Origin: the human T2T-CHM13v2.0 reference genome, Homo sapiens
DNA length: 64,000 nt
Reading direction: 5' to 3' (one strand)
NCBI RefSeq assembly: GCF_009914755.1
Contig: NC_060928.1
The position numbers and the translations under genes were made by a program. The notes under the pieces are model-generated. The model did not search any database. It was not told the DNA's origin and saw only the letters and a program-made list of their open reading frames with translations. Positions 13,205 to 29,344 of this stretch are shown one piece after another; position 1 is the stretch's first letter; each line of letters starts with the position of its first letter.

Positions 13205-14638
13205 AAAAAGTTTAAAAGTAAAAGGATAGAAAAGGTAGACCACGCCACAGTAATCAAAATAAAAAAATGGAGTAGCTATATTAATATTAAAGTATATTTC
13301 GAGCAAAGAATATTGCCAGGGATAAAAAAAAACTTCATAATAATAAAGGGGTCAATTGTATAAGAGGACATAACAATCCTATTGTGCTTAGGTTTATGCA
13401 CCTAATAACAGAGCTTGAAACTACATAAAGTAAAAACCTAATAAAACTGCAAAGAGAAATACGCAAATCTACAATTATGGTTGGAAAGTTGAATATTTCT
13501 TTGTAATTGATAGAAAAATAGATAATTGGCAACAATGCAGGAGAGTTAACACTATCAAGCAACTTGACATAACTGGCATTTATAGAATAAAAAGAATAGC
13601 AAATTAAACCTCAAGTAAGCACAGTAAATAAATAGCAGAGCAGAAATCAACAAAAAAGAAAAAAAATAGAAAATATTAATAAACTCCAAAGCTCATTCTT
13701 TAGAAAATCAATAAAGCTGATAAACTGCTAGCCAGACTCATGGAGAAAAACTGGGTGAAGACACAATAAAAAAAGGGGGCATTGCTACAGATTCTACAGA
13801 AAGTTAAATAAGTGTATTTTATCAATAACTTTATGTCAAAAAAATTCAACAACTTAAGTAAAATGGTATTCTAAAAGATACCAACTACCAAAGTTCACTC
13901 AAGAAGAAACAGATAACCTGCTTATTTTTAAAATTGACTGGATAGCTTTTTCACAAACAAAGCTCCTGGCCCAGATGGCTTCACTGGTGAACTCTACCAA
14001 GATTTTAAGAAAGTTGTAATATCAATTCTACACAGCTCTCCAGAAAATTGGAAAGGACAAAAATACTTTTCAACTTCTTCTGTGAGGCAAGTATTAAGGC
14101 AAAACCAGAGATACATTACAAGAAAAATAAAACAAAACCTATGGACGATATCCTTTATGAACATAGATGCAAAATAAAATTAGTAAATAAAATTTGGTAA
14201 TCTGTAAGAAGAATAACACATCATAACAAAGTTCATCCCATAATGCAAATTGTCTTAACAATAAAATATAATGAATGTAATTCACCATATTAACAAACTA
14301 AATGAGAAAACCCACATAATCATCTCAGTAGATTTAGGGAAAAACAAGTTTGACAAAATTCAATATTCATTCTTCATTTTAAAGTAACTTTCAGCAAGCC
14401 ATGAATAGAATTTTCTGAACTGGATAAAGAGCACCTATGAAAAACCTACAGCTAGTATCATACTTAAATTAACAGTGTAAGACTGAACAATTTTCCCCCT
14501 AGGGTCAGGAACGACACAAAGATGTCTATTCTCAATACCTCTTCTATAGTATTGTACAGAAGGTTCTAATCAGTACAATAGGCAAAGAAAATGAAACGAA
14601 AGACATCTGGACTGGCAAGGAAGGAAAATTGTCTTTAT
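13205..14638 (+). mobile_element. Old L1M ORF2 fragments (EN to RT, with internal deletions)
   Basis: Motifs ggcccagatggcttcactggtgaactctacca, atgaacatagatgcaaaa and tatgaaaaacctacagcta. No open frame. Confidence 0.85.
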
Positions 14639-15565
14639 ATGTCCAGTGCTCATTCTATCATACCTCTAACTTCATGATTTATATTTTCCATCTCTTTATA
14701 TGTCCTAAATAGTAAAAGAAATCTACAATTAAAATTACAGCAAGAATGTTTATTAGCAGTTATATATTTTCTATAAAGAACACAATTTTATTTTTCAGAC
14801 AGATAACCCAAGGAAACTGTTATCTATGAAACAGAATATCATTGCCTGCCAAGAACCCTCTTAGCAACCCCTTTTAAATCTACTGTTTTTAAAAATGTCC
14901 TACTAAATTTTTGTCTTCGAATTGTCATCTAACTATCTGCCCCTGTCAAGCACAATGCCTTATCACAAGTTCCAAGTCATATATAGGCAAAAGAATAAAA
15001 GCTAAAGACAAAGACGGCCTTAAAATAGTTGTGTCACGCTTAAATGTCATATTGTCTCTTAAAAAATCCTCATATTACAAGTTCATTAATTTATTCACTT
15101 AGATTATGAAAGTTATCTCTTCAAAATATCCCATTGTAGAGTAAAATCCTTTTCTCATTCTATCTGGGAAAGACTTAAAAGACTAATAAAGTTCTTTCTT
15201 CCACATCTTTACTTCTTGGTTGGTTACTTGGTTCAGGCTTCCTCTTTATAGTAATGCTTTGAAATGTGTTATGTTCAGATCGATTTTATAATTTTATAGT
15301 GAGATTACATTGTATATCCTAAGTTTGTGTGTGTGTCTGTACTTGTTATTTCTAACACTCCATGTGTCTTTACATTCATTCATAAACAGATTCTGATGAA
15401 TAAGAAAGCATAAATTCTTGTGCTGATAATGAATTATCATGACAATATGCTTTTACTATCTTTATTAAAATAGATCATACTAACAGATGTATTTTTTAAT
15501 CCTACTAAGGGGTAAACATTGGAAGACTTTTAACTTAAAAGAAAAATAATTCTATTTTCTTTTAG

Positions 15566-15691
15566 TAGGATGACCCTATGTCCCATTTCAATCAGTTAAA
15601 TCTTTGCACCTATTATCCTAGTTCTGTCCAGGTTAGCATTTGTTCTGGTAAAAATGTCCTGGCTGAAATGATCAACAACATGGTCACCTTG
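15566..15691. mobile_element. hAT-Blackjack non-autonomous element (MER81/MER94-like)
   Basis: About 125 bp bounded by degenerate terminal inverted repeats taggatgacc ... ggtcacctt (family TIR TAGGGTGACC). Confidence 0.6.
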
Positions 15692-15699
15692 CCTTTTAG

Positions 15700-16190
15700 A
15701 GAGGTAACTCTGAGCCTCAGAAAATGTTCATATCTTTTGATCAATTAATCCTTCAAGAAATTTCTGCAAATAAAATAATTACAAATGCAGAGATACACAT
15801 TTGTATAAAAATATGTCCATTATGAGATTATTTATAATTCAATGTAAACACAGTAGTAAACAATGTAAACAGAACCACTAATAGTTCATAAATAAATGGA
15901 ATATTACACATAACTTACACATTATGGTTTTTCAAATGTTCAATTAATAAGAAATGCTCAAAATGTAATTTTGATAGAAAAATAAAGTACAAAATGTGTA
16001 TATAGTATAATCTCTACTCTGTTATATATATTTCATGCATAAATACATACACGCACCCCCCATTCAGAAAAATAGAAATGTGCAAAATGATGAATGGTTA
16101 TGGATAATTATTATGGGTCATATATTTCCTTCAAACTGCTGTGTTTTTCAAGTTTTGTTTAATAATGTGTCACTTTATAAACAAAAAAAT
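15700..16190 (+). mobile_element. Ancient L1ME 3' fragment
   Basis: tgttcatatcttttgatcaattaatcc...atatgtccattatgagattatttataa resembles degenerate L1ME 3' ends. Confidence 0.5.
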
Positions 16191-16473
16191 ACATTGTCAC
16201 AAGAATATAAGAAAGAGAATCAAGATGACTAAAAAAAACTACCACTTTGGAATTTGGGCAGTAGAGAAACTAATTTGTATAAGTAAATGAGGCATAAAGC
16301 AAGAAGCATCTTTGAAAATAACATGTTAACATTGGTTAGTAACAGGTCATTTTCTGTGCTGTCGTTCTTTTCAGACATTACTAATTCAAACAGTAATTCA
16401 AACAGAAAAGTGTCTAAAATTGAAGTACTTACTTAAACTAACAACTAGATATCACTTTGAGTCTAATATTGTG

Positions 16474-16540
16474 AACACTTTGTGGAACATGTTTATTAAA
16501 CACTTTGTGTATAAACACTTTGTGGAACATGTTTATTAAA
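16474..16540. repeat. 27-bp direct repeat with a partial third copy in the spacer
   Basis: aacactttgtggaacatgtttattaaa at 16474-16500 and 16514-16540; spacer cactttgtgtata. Confidence 0.9.
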
Positions 16541-16710
16541 GGCTAGCAGCTAAGATTTTTTAAAAAACACTTGAAAGCCTGTTGTATAAAGAACTCTTAA
16601 AGATCCTGGGAATGCTTATCTGAGGGAAAAAATTTAAGTGGACACAGATTTTGCATCATCTAGTGAAGAAATAGCTAATGGTCAGAGCTAACCACTTAAG
16701 AATTACTATC

Positions 16711-17136
<426 letters not shown>

Positions 17137-17835
17137 TCAGATGGGTATTTAAACTAACTGTTCTGTAATGATCTCTCCAAATCCGGCATAATGTGATGTT
17201 AATATTACTGAGATTTAATCCATATTTCTCACATTTCTTTTTACATCAAACTGTAAGATAAAGCTGATGTTCCATCATTTAATAGCCAGTTAGTGATTCT
17301 TCTCAGCCACTTCACTGTTCATTAGCACTCCCACTAGAGGTGGAGGGGGCAGAGAGGAGTTCATTTAAATGAGTTGACTGCTGTGCATGTTAAAAGTTAG
17401 AATAATTATTTCATGCAAGTGTTCAATACTACTGGCCAAAGTGGTGAACTGGTATCATGCATATGCTCCCTTAACAATTTATCCTGATTACCTATTTCCC
17501 TTTGGTGTTTTTTGTTTGTTAACTAAACCTACAATTGAAGATTTAGAATATAGTTGTCATCTCAGCCCTGAAATGCCAAATCTGTAACAATATTAATATG
17601 GTAATGCTGAGCTCATCTAGCCTAACTCATAGTTCTAATTTTATATACCTTATATATTTGTGTATGTACATGGCTGATTCTTTGTGCTTCTCTATCGTGA
17701 CTTTCAAGGTAAATGTCATTCATATAAGAAAATCGTCTGTTAAAATCTCTAGGCTTCATTATTTTAGATTTCTGGGTAAGCTCTAATCCAAGGTTTATTT
17801 ACAGAAAATAGACTACATTGACCAGGTAAAAAAAA

Positions 17836-17978
17836 ATTTTTTTTATTGTGGTAAAAAAACACATAACATAAAATTTACAATTTTAACCTTAAGTGTTAAA
17901 GTTCAGTAGTATTAAGTATATACACGCTGGTCCTGAAACAGATATCCAGAAGTTCTTTTTCTTGCAGAACCAAAACTA
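17836..17978 (-). mobile_element. L1MB-type 3' end fragment
   Basis: ttttattgtggtaaaaaaacacataacataaaatttac...ttcagtagtattaagtata is the reverse complement of an L1MB 3' terminus. Confidence 0.8.
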
Positions 17979-18079
17979 ACTGTAATACATGTCACCTCCT
18001 CAATTTGCAAACCTACAGCAGCAACATGCTTGCAATAAAATAAAAACCTCTATTTCCTTTAAAAAAACAATATTCACAT

Positions 18080-18428
18080 GTTCCTCGCGACATGGCTGCC
18101 CCCACATATCCCCACGTGTGTAGAACATCATGGTGCCCTGCATTTGCATATTAAAAGGCTAGGGTGGGAAGGCCAGCTTTTTCCGCAGGCCACGTGAATG
18201 ACATGCCTGGTCAAACCAATCCCCTGAGCCCTATGCAAATCAGACATGGCCTCCTCCAGCCTCTGCATATATACCTGGCTGGAGTCTGCTGCACTTGGGG
18301 ACGTCCTCTTCCAGCTTTGGAGGCCCCCTCCCTCTGTCTCTGTACGAGGGAGCTTCTTCCTTCTCTCTTCTCCCTTCCTCTTGCCTATTAAACTCCCCTC
18401 TTCTTAAAACCAAAAAAAAAAAAAAAAA
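18080..18428 (+). mobile_element. Polyadenylated ERV1 LTR fragment (U3-R only, no U5)
   Basis: LTR-type U3 motifs (aaaccaatcccctgagccctatgcaaatcagac, cctccctctgtctctgtac), ATTAAA at 18387-18392, then A17 at 18412-18428. Confidence 0.75.
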
Positions 18429-19601
18429 TCAGGAAGATGAAGTAAAATACCTCCAACTGTCTGCCTTTCCCAGGAGGAAAGTATATATAAAAGAGAAGAT
18501 AGAAAAATATGTTTTAATTTGTTTTTAATTTAGCAAGTTAAGATGTTGTAATAATTAGACATTTATTTTTTTCACCAAGTAATCATTTCCACATTATTGG
18601 ACAGGTTCATGAGTTTTACTGCTTCATTGTCATTTAATGATCCTGAAAATAAGCCCACATTTTTCTTGAGTTCTTTTTGCCAAAAAAAAAAAAAAAAAAA
18701 AAAATCCAAGTTACTTTAGACAATGCAGCAACTTTGCATTATTCCTCCTTTCTTATGAACATTTAAAAACTAAACTACTTTCTTTCATCCTACCCCTAAA
18801 TTCAAGGTTTCTAGGAGATAGATTTCTGGATTACTCATATTCTTGAAAATGATTAAATACAAAATCTTCTCTAAAATAAGTGTCGGATTGAATGTTGTTT
18901 CTCCAAAAGCAAATGTCTCACAATATGACCCAGAATACTATTTCTCAGCCCAAGACAAAAAAAAAAGTAGTGCCTGAAGTTTTAAGATTTACAAAAGGGA
19001 ATCCAGTAAATACTTAGCAAAGCATTCATTGCAGTTCACCAGAACTTTAATCTCCTGATTAAGAGACAAAAAATAAAAATAAAAACAGAGCTCTAAAACT
19101 ACTAAAACCTACTAAATAATCTGAGATAAAACCATCACTTCTAAATTCCCAATCTTATAATGTTCTTTTCTATAGTTCTATTTGTCAACACAGGTCATAA
19201 ACTCACTTGGTATTGCACAGGGCTTTTAATCAGGTCTTTAAGCAGCTCAGTGATTCTAAGTGCATATTTTCCAATTTATTATAGATACATCTCTTAAATT
19301 ATACTTTGCTTGCCCAAACTGAAAAACATGGCATATTATACAGCTGCAAGTTCCTTCCACACAACCTATTTAAGTTCTAGTATCAGCCAAGATAATGATG
19401 TTCACTAGAAAACACTATCTATAGCAGGTTTAAATAGCTATTTTTAAAAAATATTCCTTAATCCAAGGATTAAGAGTGCCCTAAATGAAAGGTGCTGAGC
19501 TACGTGGGGTTGGTAACACAAAGGTGGAGAGCTATCCCTGTCCTCAGTCAGTTTTCAATCTACCCAGGATGACATGTATAAGAAAGATAATAACTGTATT
19601 T

Positions 19602-19871
19602 TAGATGACAAAATTTATCATTCACTCTAGGACACTTTTGAGACTAGGAGAGGTGCTCTTACAAATTAAGCCAGAATTTGAGAGGATCTTTTGAACACAA
19701 GAGTTTAAGGCTACAAGGAACTTTGATCATGCCACTACACTTCAGCTTGGGGACACAGCAAGGCTGTGTCTCTAAAAAATTTAATTTAATTTAAATTTAG
19801 AAAGCAAAAGAAATCAAGCAAGGATAACAGACATAAATGTCCAAGGAAAATTGGAACATATAATCACCCTA
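19602..19871. mobile_element. MER94-like hAT-Blackjack element interrupted by an Alu monomer (FLAM-like, ~19670-19790)
   Basis: Begins aatttatcattcactctaggacacttttgagact and ends ggaacatataatcacccta. The internal gaggatcttttgaacacaagagtttaaggctac...gccactacacttcagc is Alu-like. Confidence 0.6.
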
Positions 19872-19884
19872 ACTATGGCACACA

Positions 19885-20102
19885 ATGCTTTGTAGTTTAC
19901 TAAGTTGTTTCAAAAATCTATTTTCTTTCTGAAAACAAAGATATGAGATCAATAACACAATACTATCCCCACTTTTAGATGGGAAAACCGAGGCTCAGAG
20001 AAGCTAAAGGACTAATCTAAGGTCACATAGCTAATAAATATTAGGTTCAATGCTTGAACTTAGGTTTTCTAATTTCAAATCTAATATCTTTCCACTATAA
20101 CA
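19885..20102 (-). mobile_element. MIR SINE
   Basis: tatccccacttttagatgggaaaaccgaggctcagagaagctaa...aaggtcacatagcta is the MIR core in reverse. Confidence 0.85.
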
Positions 20103-21304
20103 CATTGCTGCATCAATAACTGTAACCACAAGATACACAGCTAAATTCTATAATCACAACTTGAAAGAAACATGGTTCTTCTGATTATAACATCCATATA
20201 AAGATATAGGGAGAAAACATTTACCAATTTGAAAGTATTACTATTTTGACGGTAAAATGTATTTGTGGATGAATAAGGGCAGATTAATAAAATGAAACAT
20301 TTTATATGATGTAAAGATTACTTACAAAAAATAGTTAAAACAATTTTAAAATGTAAAGAGGGATGTCCTCCTCATCATTATTATTCAAATTGTCTTTTAA
20401 GTTGTAACAAATGAAGAATGGCTAAGAAGACATAAAAACATCTTTTTTGCTAATAAGATTATATACATAGAACATTCAAGAGTCTATAATAAAATAATAA
20501 TAAAAAATCACTAAAAATTTTTAAAATTGATAAGATGCTAGATTTAAGATATTTTTTAAATCAGAAATTTTTCTAATTTCTGTCGATAAGGTCCTCATCC
20601 TATCAGTTCCAGGCACCTCCAGACCGCTTCTCATTCTGTATAGATCTCTGCTCCAGTTGTATAAGGTTTTTATGTTCTTGAACAGAGTATATAACATCCC
20701 ACCTCTAAAGTACCTGGTTTGGAAAATTTCTCCAAATTCCAAAGCTACTATTAGAGCAATAATTTCTCTTCTACCTATGACCACTAAGATTTACTAAAAT
20801 CTTTCCTTTCAGGACAAAGAGACTGTCTGAAATTCTGCACCTCATCTTTGACCACTGGCAGCAAATTTATGGCCAAATAAAAATTGCCAATTTGTCTCTG
20901 CTTCTACTCTTCAAGAATGTATAAATATTGACATTCACTCTCAGAGCATTCAATGCAGACAAGGGAAAAAATGTCCATGATAAAAAGGATGCGTATGTGT
21001 TTTTAGAACACCGTCTGGTTCATAACTGGCTTTCTAACAGCCTGGTACAGCCCATTTTATATGCCTGTTTTTCAGCTTTTATAATGGATTTCTAAAAAGA
21101 TAGCAAACTCTGAGAAACAAGTTTATTTATCAATGAGATTTATATGTCACCCTTTGAAAAACTGCTGGTAACATTAAAATAATTTTCATTTCATTGTTGT
21201 GTTGAGATTTATTCCCTGACACCTTTCATCTATTTTGCCTATAACAGGCATACGTGACCAAAAGCATGGTACTCCTCAAGAATATAGAAATAAAGGAAAT
21301 ACCA

Positions 21305-23265
<1,961 letters not shown>

Positions 23266-24842
23266 AATAGGTTTGGAGAGTCAAAACTGAAAAATAAATC
23301 AGATAGAACCAGTATTAAATGAGCAGGCAGCTATTCATTCCCTAAGAGAAGGCAATTGGTAAAAGGTTCTGGTACAGAGTCTCCAAATATGCATTTGATT
23401 TTTGAATATCCCATAAATATGTTTTGACAACTTTATGCCAACTTTCAAACCCTGAATTGGCACTGGCTACCAGGCAACAAATCAGTTGCTGTAAGGTCAC
23501 TATCCTTATACTACGCTGTTTGTGCAACTAATTAAATTTTTACTGCATTTTGCCTCATTACTTCACAAAATTGGTGAAACACTGAAAAATCCAAATCTAA
23601 TGGCTGTCACTAGTGACAGGGAGTATGTCATATCAATCCAAATGGATTTGAAGGAAAGATGCAAATTACTGAATGTATCCAAAATAGCAAATTCTTAGCT
23701 TCAATGAGATATTTGTTCGATTTAAGCCATCAAGTCTATGTCAATTAGAAAAGGACACAATTAAATATTACAGCATAAACATTAGAAACATATTGTTGAA
23801 GACAGTCCCTACAAGTGAGGAGTAATTAGAAATGTTATAATTATTTTTAGTTCTATGGAAAAGGAACTCACGTTAGAACAAATAAATACTGTCCAACTTT
23901 TGCACATTTGACCCTGGAACACATAGAGGGATGATCTCTTTGTTGACACGTCTTGATGGATTAGCCTGAAAACAAAAGTTCACAGTAGGGAACAAAATGA
24001 TTCTTCAATAATTCTCTGCATGAAGATTTCAAAACCCAGGTAAAAAATACACTGGCCAAAAGTGACTACCAACCAAGACAGAGAGTCTCATCATCCAAGA
24101 CATCATCAGAAACCCAACATGAACAATGAGGAAATCCTTAGCCTTAATGAAGTAACTTTAAAATATGTAAGTTATATATATATATATAAAACATATTTTT
24201 TTCCACAGAAGAAAACCCTTAAATAGAGCTACCCTGAAACTTACTGGTAAAAGTAAACAAGAAAGGCTTATTGTACTGAAAAGAGATATATGAGAAAGAA
24301 AAACCGTTCCTAAATTTCATTTCTTCAGGGCAGGGGTGGAAATGAATTTAAAATACCTTGACAAAGGGAGTAGGGAGCAGGTCTAGAGGTGAAAAATACT
24401 CCAAAGAAACATCACCACAACCAGTAAATGGTTGCACATGGGGCTAGATTAAAAAGACAAGTCAAAGAACTAAAAGCCTAAGATAGTGAAGAGACAGATG
24501 AATTAAAATGGAATGTATTAAATGCACTGTTCACTTCCCATGTGCCAGGTATCATGCGAAGATGAGTGGTTTAGACATGTTGAGTTTAAGGAAATAATAG
24601 GCATTCAAATGGTGAATTTAAGTAATGATGAGAGAAGTCCAGGAAAGACATAAGCCTCTAAGAGTTATTTATATAGATATAATCATTAAATACATAAAAG
24701 AAGTAGAAAGTGAGAGAGAGAGAAAGGATTGAGAACCTGGATTTTAGAAAACATTCCTATTTCAAGAAAAGAAGAAGCAGAAAGCTAAGGATGATGAAGT
24801 TGTAGCTTCAATCTTCACTGCAGGCCCCTGAACTATTGTATA

Positions 24843-25382
24843 CAGTAATTGTCCTTATCCATTGTTTTGCTTTCTGTGGTTTCAGTTACCCATGGTCAAC
24901 CATGGTCCAAAAATATTAAACAGATAATTCCAGAAATAAATAATTTAGAAGTTTTAAATTGCATGCTGTTTTGAGTAGCATGATGAAATCTCATGCCGTC
25001 CCACTCCATCCCACCCAGGATGTGACTCATCCATTTGTCCAGCATATATATGCTACGTTTATGCTACCCACCCTTAGTCATTTAATAGCCATCTCATTTA
25101 TCAAATCAACTGTCAAGGTATCACAACGCTTGTGTTCAAGTAACCTTTATTTTACTTAATAATGGCCCCAAAGTGCAAGAGTAGTGATGCTGGTATATTG
25201 TTATAGTTGTTCTGTCTTATTATTAGTTATTGTTAATCTTTTTCTGTGCCTAACATATGAATTAAACTTAATCATAGGTACATATAGGAAAAAACATGGT
25301 ATATATAGGATTCAGTACTCTCTGCAGTTTCAGACATCTGCTGGGGGTCTTGGAATGCATCCCCCTCAAAGGGAGACTAGTG
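24843..25382 (+). mobile_element. MER44 (TcMar-Tigger non-autonomous DNA transposon, MER44B-sized)
   Basis: TA|cagt...ccttatccattgttttgctttctgtggtttcagttaccc 5' end and gggggtcttggaatgcatcccc...gggagacta 3' end; about 540 bp. Confidence 0.85.
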
Positions 25383-26051
25383 AACTGCCAAAACATTATG
25401 AATTGACAAAACTGTAAGAATATTCTATGCTTGATACATTGGAAAAGAAGCAGACTAAGGGAATAAGTAGGCAGCCTAGGAAAAGGTCATGAAAAACCTC
25501 CAAGAATTTGAGATCTTGGCAAAAGCATAAAAACCTGCTAGGGGAAACACACTGAGTAGGAGAAACAATATGATGTTTAAAGGTATCCATCCACAAAAAG
25601 ATAATGTATTCTGACTGCGTAAGACAATATTTTTTTTTTAATCTCAGAAAAGAGAGAAGAGACCGTGTCTCAAATAAGACAATAAACAGCCCTAACACTT
25701 ATTTGCTCAAGCAACAATAATAATAATAACAATACTTAGCCTTCAAACTGTAGTCCAGAGGGGCAAATAAGTTATAAATTCAGTGGAAAATGATTCAAGA
25801 AAAATTTACCCATTCTGCCCATGTTATGCATAAGCAAGATAATAAATATACATCCTACTCTTACTACTACTATTTATATACACATACATGCAAACTGGAA
25901 ACAATCATTGCACAGATGAAGAACTCAGTTATGAGGAAAAAAAGGAAAGAAAAATATAAGGCAAATAAAAAAGATTTTTCCCAAAATATTTTTCACACTA
26001 AATATGTAATAAAACAAGAACTCAAAAATAAGATGGTAAGAAAATATAACA

Positions 26052-26292
<241 letters not shown>

Positions 26293-27200
26293 TCAAAAGA
26301 AAAAGGAAGAATCCAGAACTTAAAAAAAAAAAAACACCACTATCAACCACTGTGAATCTAACATTATTAGGTAACTGATACCTTTAAAAAAGCAAGGAAT
26401 AGAATAGACTTAGCTAGAAGTCTAATTAGTGATACAGAAGGAAGACAGATTTTATGATAATCATGTGAAACATTTTTCTCACTTGGCTCCTAGGATTCTA
26501 CTCTCTCATGGTTCTCTTTCACCTTCCACCCTCACTGGACACTCCTTCTCAGTCTTCCTTGCTGTTTCCTCTTCATCTCTCCACCTCTAAACATTAGAGT
26601 GTTTCATATATCAGACTTCAGATGGCTTTGATTCTCTATTCCTACTTCTTTGGTGATCTCATCCAGTCTCACTGTTTTAAATTCCATCTTGTCTGATGGT
26701 TCTTAAATGTATATCTATAGTACAGAACTCTCCCCTGTACTCCACATTCATCTATCTAACTACTTTCTCCACATCTCCACTTGGCTATCTAACCAGCATT
26801 TCCTAACTTAACAAGTCTAAAACTGAATTCTTTTTTCCAGCCATCCCACAATAAAACCTATTCTTCATTCAAGTCTTCATCTCAGTAAATGTCAATTCAT
26901 TTCTTCAATTTTCTTAGGCTAAAAACTTGCACATAATTCTTGAATCTTCTATGTTGCTTGTATATCTCATGTAATTCTTTAGTATTAACAAACGCTCTCA
27001 AAATTATATCTAGAATCTGACCACTTCTTATTACCTTCTCCATTACCACCCTATTTCAAACAACCTGATTATTACATTAGCCTCCTAGCTGGGCCACCTG
27101 CTTCCGTCTTGACCTCCCTACAGGATATTCTTCATATAGCAACAAGAATAATCATTTAATATCAAAATTCAGATCAAGTCACTGCCAGCACAAAACCCTC

Positions 27201-27781
27201 TGTAGTGGAAAGACTCTAGGGTGATCCTTGCCCTTTGATATTCATGTCATTATGTAATCTCCTCCCTTTGAGTAGGTAGGAGCTATGACTTGCTTATAAC
27301 CAATAGAAGATGGCAAGACTAGTATAATGTTATCTCTATAATTACATTATATAAGACTATCTCATCAGACTAGAGAGAGAGGCTCTCATTGTGGGCTTGA
27401 TGCAGTTAGTGACCATGTAAAGAAGTCCACGTGACAAAGAGCTTCAACAGCATCTAGATACTGCAGGTGGCCTCTAGGACCTGAGGCAGCCTCCAGTTGA
27501 CAGTCAGCAAACAGTTAGGACCCTCAATCATATAACTGCAAGGAAATAAATTCTTCCAGCAATATGAATGAGCATGGAAGTGGATTCATCCTCAGTCAAG
27601 CCTCCAGTTGAGAATGCAGGCTGGCTAGTTCATTGAATGAAGCCTTTTAAGACTTCAAAGCACAAAACAGACTCAAGCCATGCCCAGCGTCCTTACCCAT
27701 AGAAACTATGAGATAATGTATGTGTTGTTTTAAGCTACTTAATTTGTGATAATGTATTACACAGCAATAGAAAACTAATAT
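27201..27781 (+). mobile_element. MaLR solo LTR (MLT1E-like)
   Basis: tgtagtgg...atgtaatctcctccctttgagt start, ttgttttaagctact and cagcaatagaaaactaata end. Approximate 5-bp TSD ccctc/tcctc. Confidence 0.85.
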
Positions 27782-28081
27782 TTCCTCCAATGGCTTTCCG
27801 TCTTACTCAGAGTAAAATCTCAAGTTATTTCCACAATTTGGCCTATATCCAACTCTGACTCATCTTCCATTGTCTATATTTCTCACTTTGCTCTAGCTAC
27901 AATGGCCTTTATGTTGCTCCTCAAATATGAAAAACTTGCCACTGGCTCAGGGATTTCAAACATTCTGCCTGAATATGCTGTTCCCCCAGATATCCTCCTT
28001 AGCTCACAACCCTCACCTTCTTTAGATCCTTAGTCAAAGATCATTTTGTTGCAGACACCTTCTCTGAAAAAAGTAAATCTT

Positions 28082-28354
28082 TTTCTTGCTCTTTCGCCCA
28101 GGCTGGAGTGCAGTGGCGCCATCTAGGCTCACTGCAAGCTCCGCCTCCCGGGTTCACGCCATTCTCCTGCCTCAGCCTCCCGAGTAGCTGGGACTACAGG
28201 TGCCCGCCACTGCGCCTGGCTAATTTTTTGTATTTTTAGTAGAGAGGGGTTTCACCGTGTTAGCCAGGATGGTCTGCATCTCCTGACCTCGTGATCCACC
28301 CGCCTCGGCCTCCCAAAATGCTGGGATTACAGTTGTGAGCCACCGCGCCCGGCC
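28082..28354 (-). mobile_element. AluY SINE lacking its 3' terminus and most of the poly(A)
   Basis: Reverse-complement AluY (cactgcaagctccgcctcccgggttcacgccattctc). TSD tgaaaaaa(a)gtaaatctt at 28065-28081 and 28355-28372. Confidence 0.95.
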
Positions 28355-29344
28355 TGAAAAAAAGTAAATCTTATCCCCAACCAATATGCATTGCGAATGT
28401 CTGAATGCTGTATTGTCTCATTAGCACTCACATATCACTGCCTAATATGCATTTATTCATTTATTTATTGTATTTCTCTCTGTACCAGAATGTAAACCGT
28501 AAGGAGGTACAGACTTTGTTAACTGTTGTAAACTTATATATGGAAATCATTTGTTAAATAAACAAATGAATAAATGAATAGATAAGTTAATGAACAAATT
28601 AACAATCAAAATGAATACACTATGACACTGAAGAAATTAGAGGGAAGTTAACAGATACGAAGAGTAAAGAAAACAATTTAATATAGAGATATGTTTTATG
28701 TAACAGATGGAACAGAAAATGCATCCATGGCTATAATAGATGCTAACTTCCTGATTCCTTACGATCTAGGCAGGAAAAATAATAACTTTTCCACTCATGA
28801 GAAATAGGATGCCTTCATACCTGTTCATAGCAACTGCCAGAAGACAATGGAGCAATGAGTAAAATATTCTAAGAGAGAGTGTGACCTTAGAATTTTATAC
28901 TCATCAAACTTTTCCTTTGAGACTGAGGCAGCTGACTTTATTAGGCACACAAAGTTATAAGAAATATAATTTTTACCCTAGCTTTATGAAAAGTAAAATC
29001 CTATGCTAATCAAGAAATGTATAAAATAAGGAACTCAAATAGAAATGTAATTCATGAATAACGGTTGGTAGGCATTCCATCAATTTAAATAATTTATTTA
29101 AATAACTATAGTAATTTGTGGGAAAATATAATTTGAATGTTTCAAACTTTGACAAAGAAAAATAATATAACCAACAAAACTGAAGGATGGTACACAAATG
29201 GCTGAAAGAAGTATTTCCTTACAATTAACATCAGGGAGAAAATTTATATTATCTCAACTTTAAGCATGAAATTGTTAAAAAATGACCCAAAAAACTTAAT
29301 TAAACCTTCATAATAATTTTTCTAACCTTAGATCTTTTAGGCTT

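Larger units (their letters stand above)
26475..28590 (+). mobile_element. L2 (L2a-like) 3' region, interrupted by MLT1 and AluY
   Basis: ggtgatctcatccagtctca and catctccacttggctatct motifs, continuity aaaaccctc|caatggctt across the MLT1 insert, and a terminal (aatg)n-like tail at ~28560-28590. Confidence 0.85.

Noticed and set aside
19207-19255. Minus-strand 49-nt exon candidate (ITELLKDLIKSPVQYQ) ending at gtgagt
   Set aside because: The nearest AG has no pyrimidine tract, and extending to the better upstream acceptor introduces stops in the two frames I checked.
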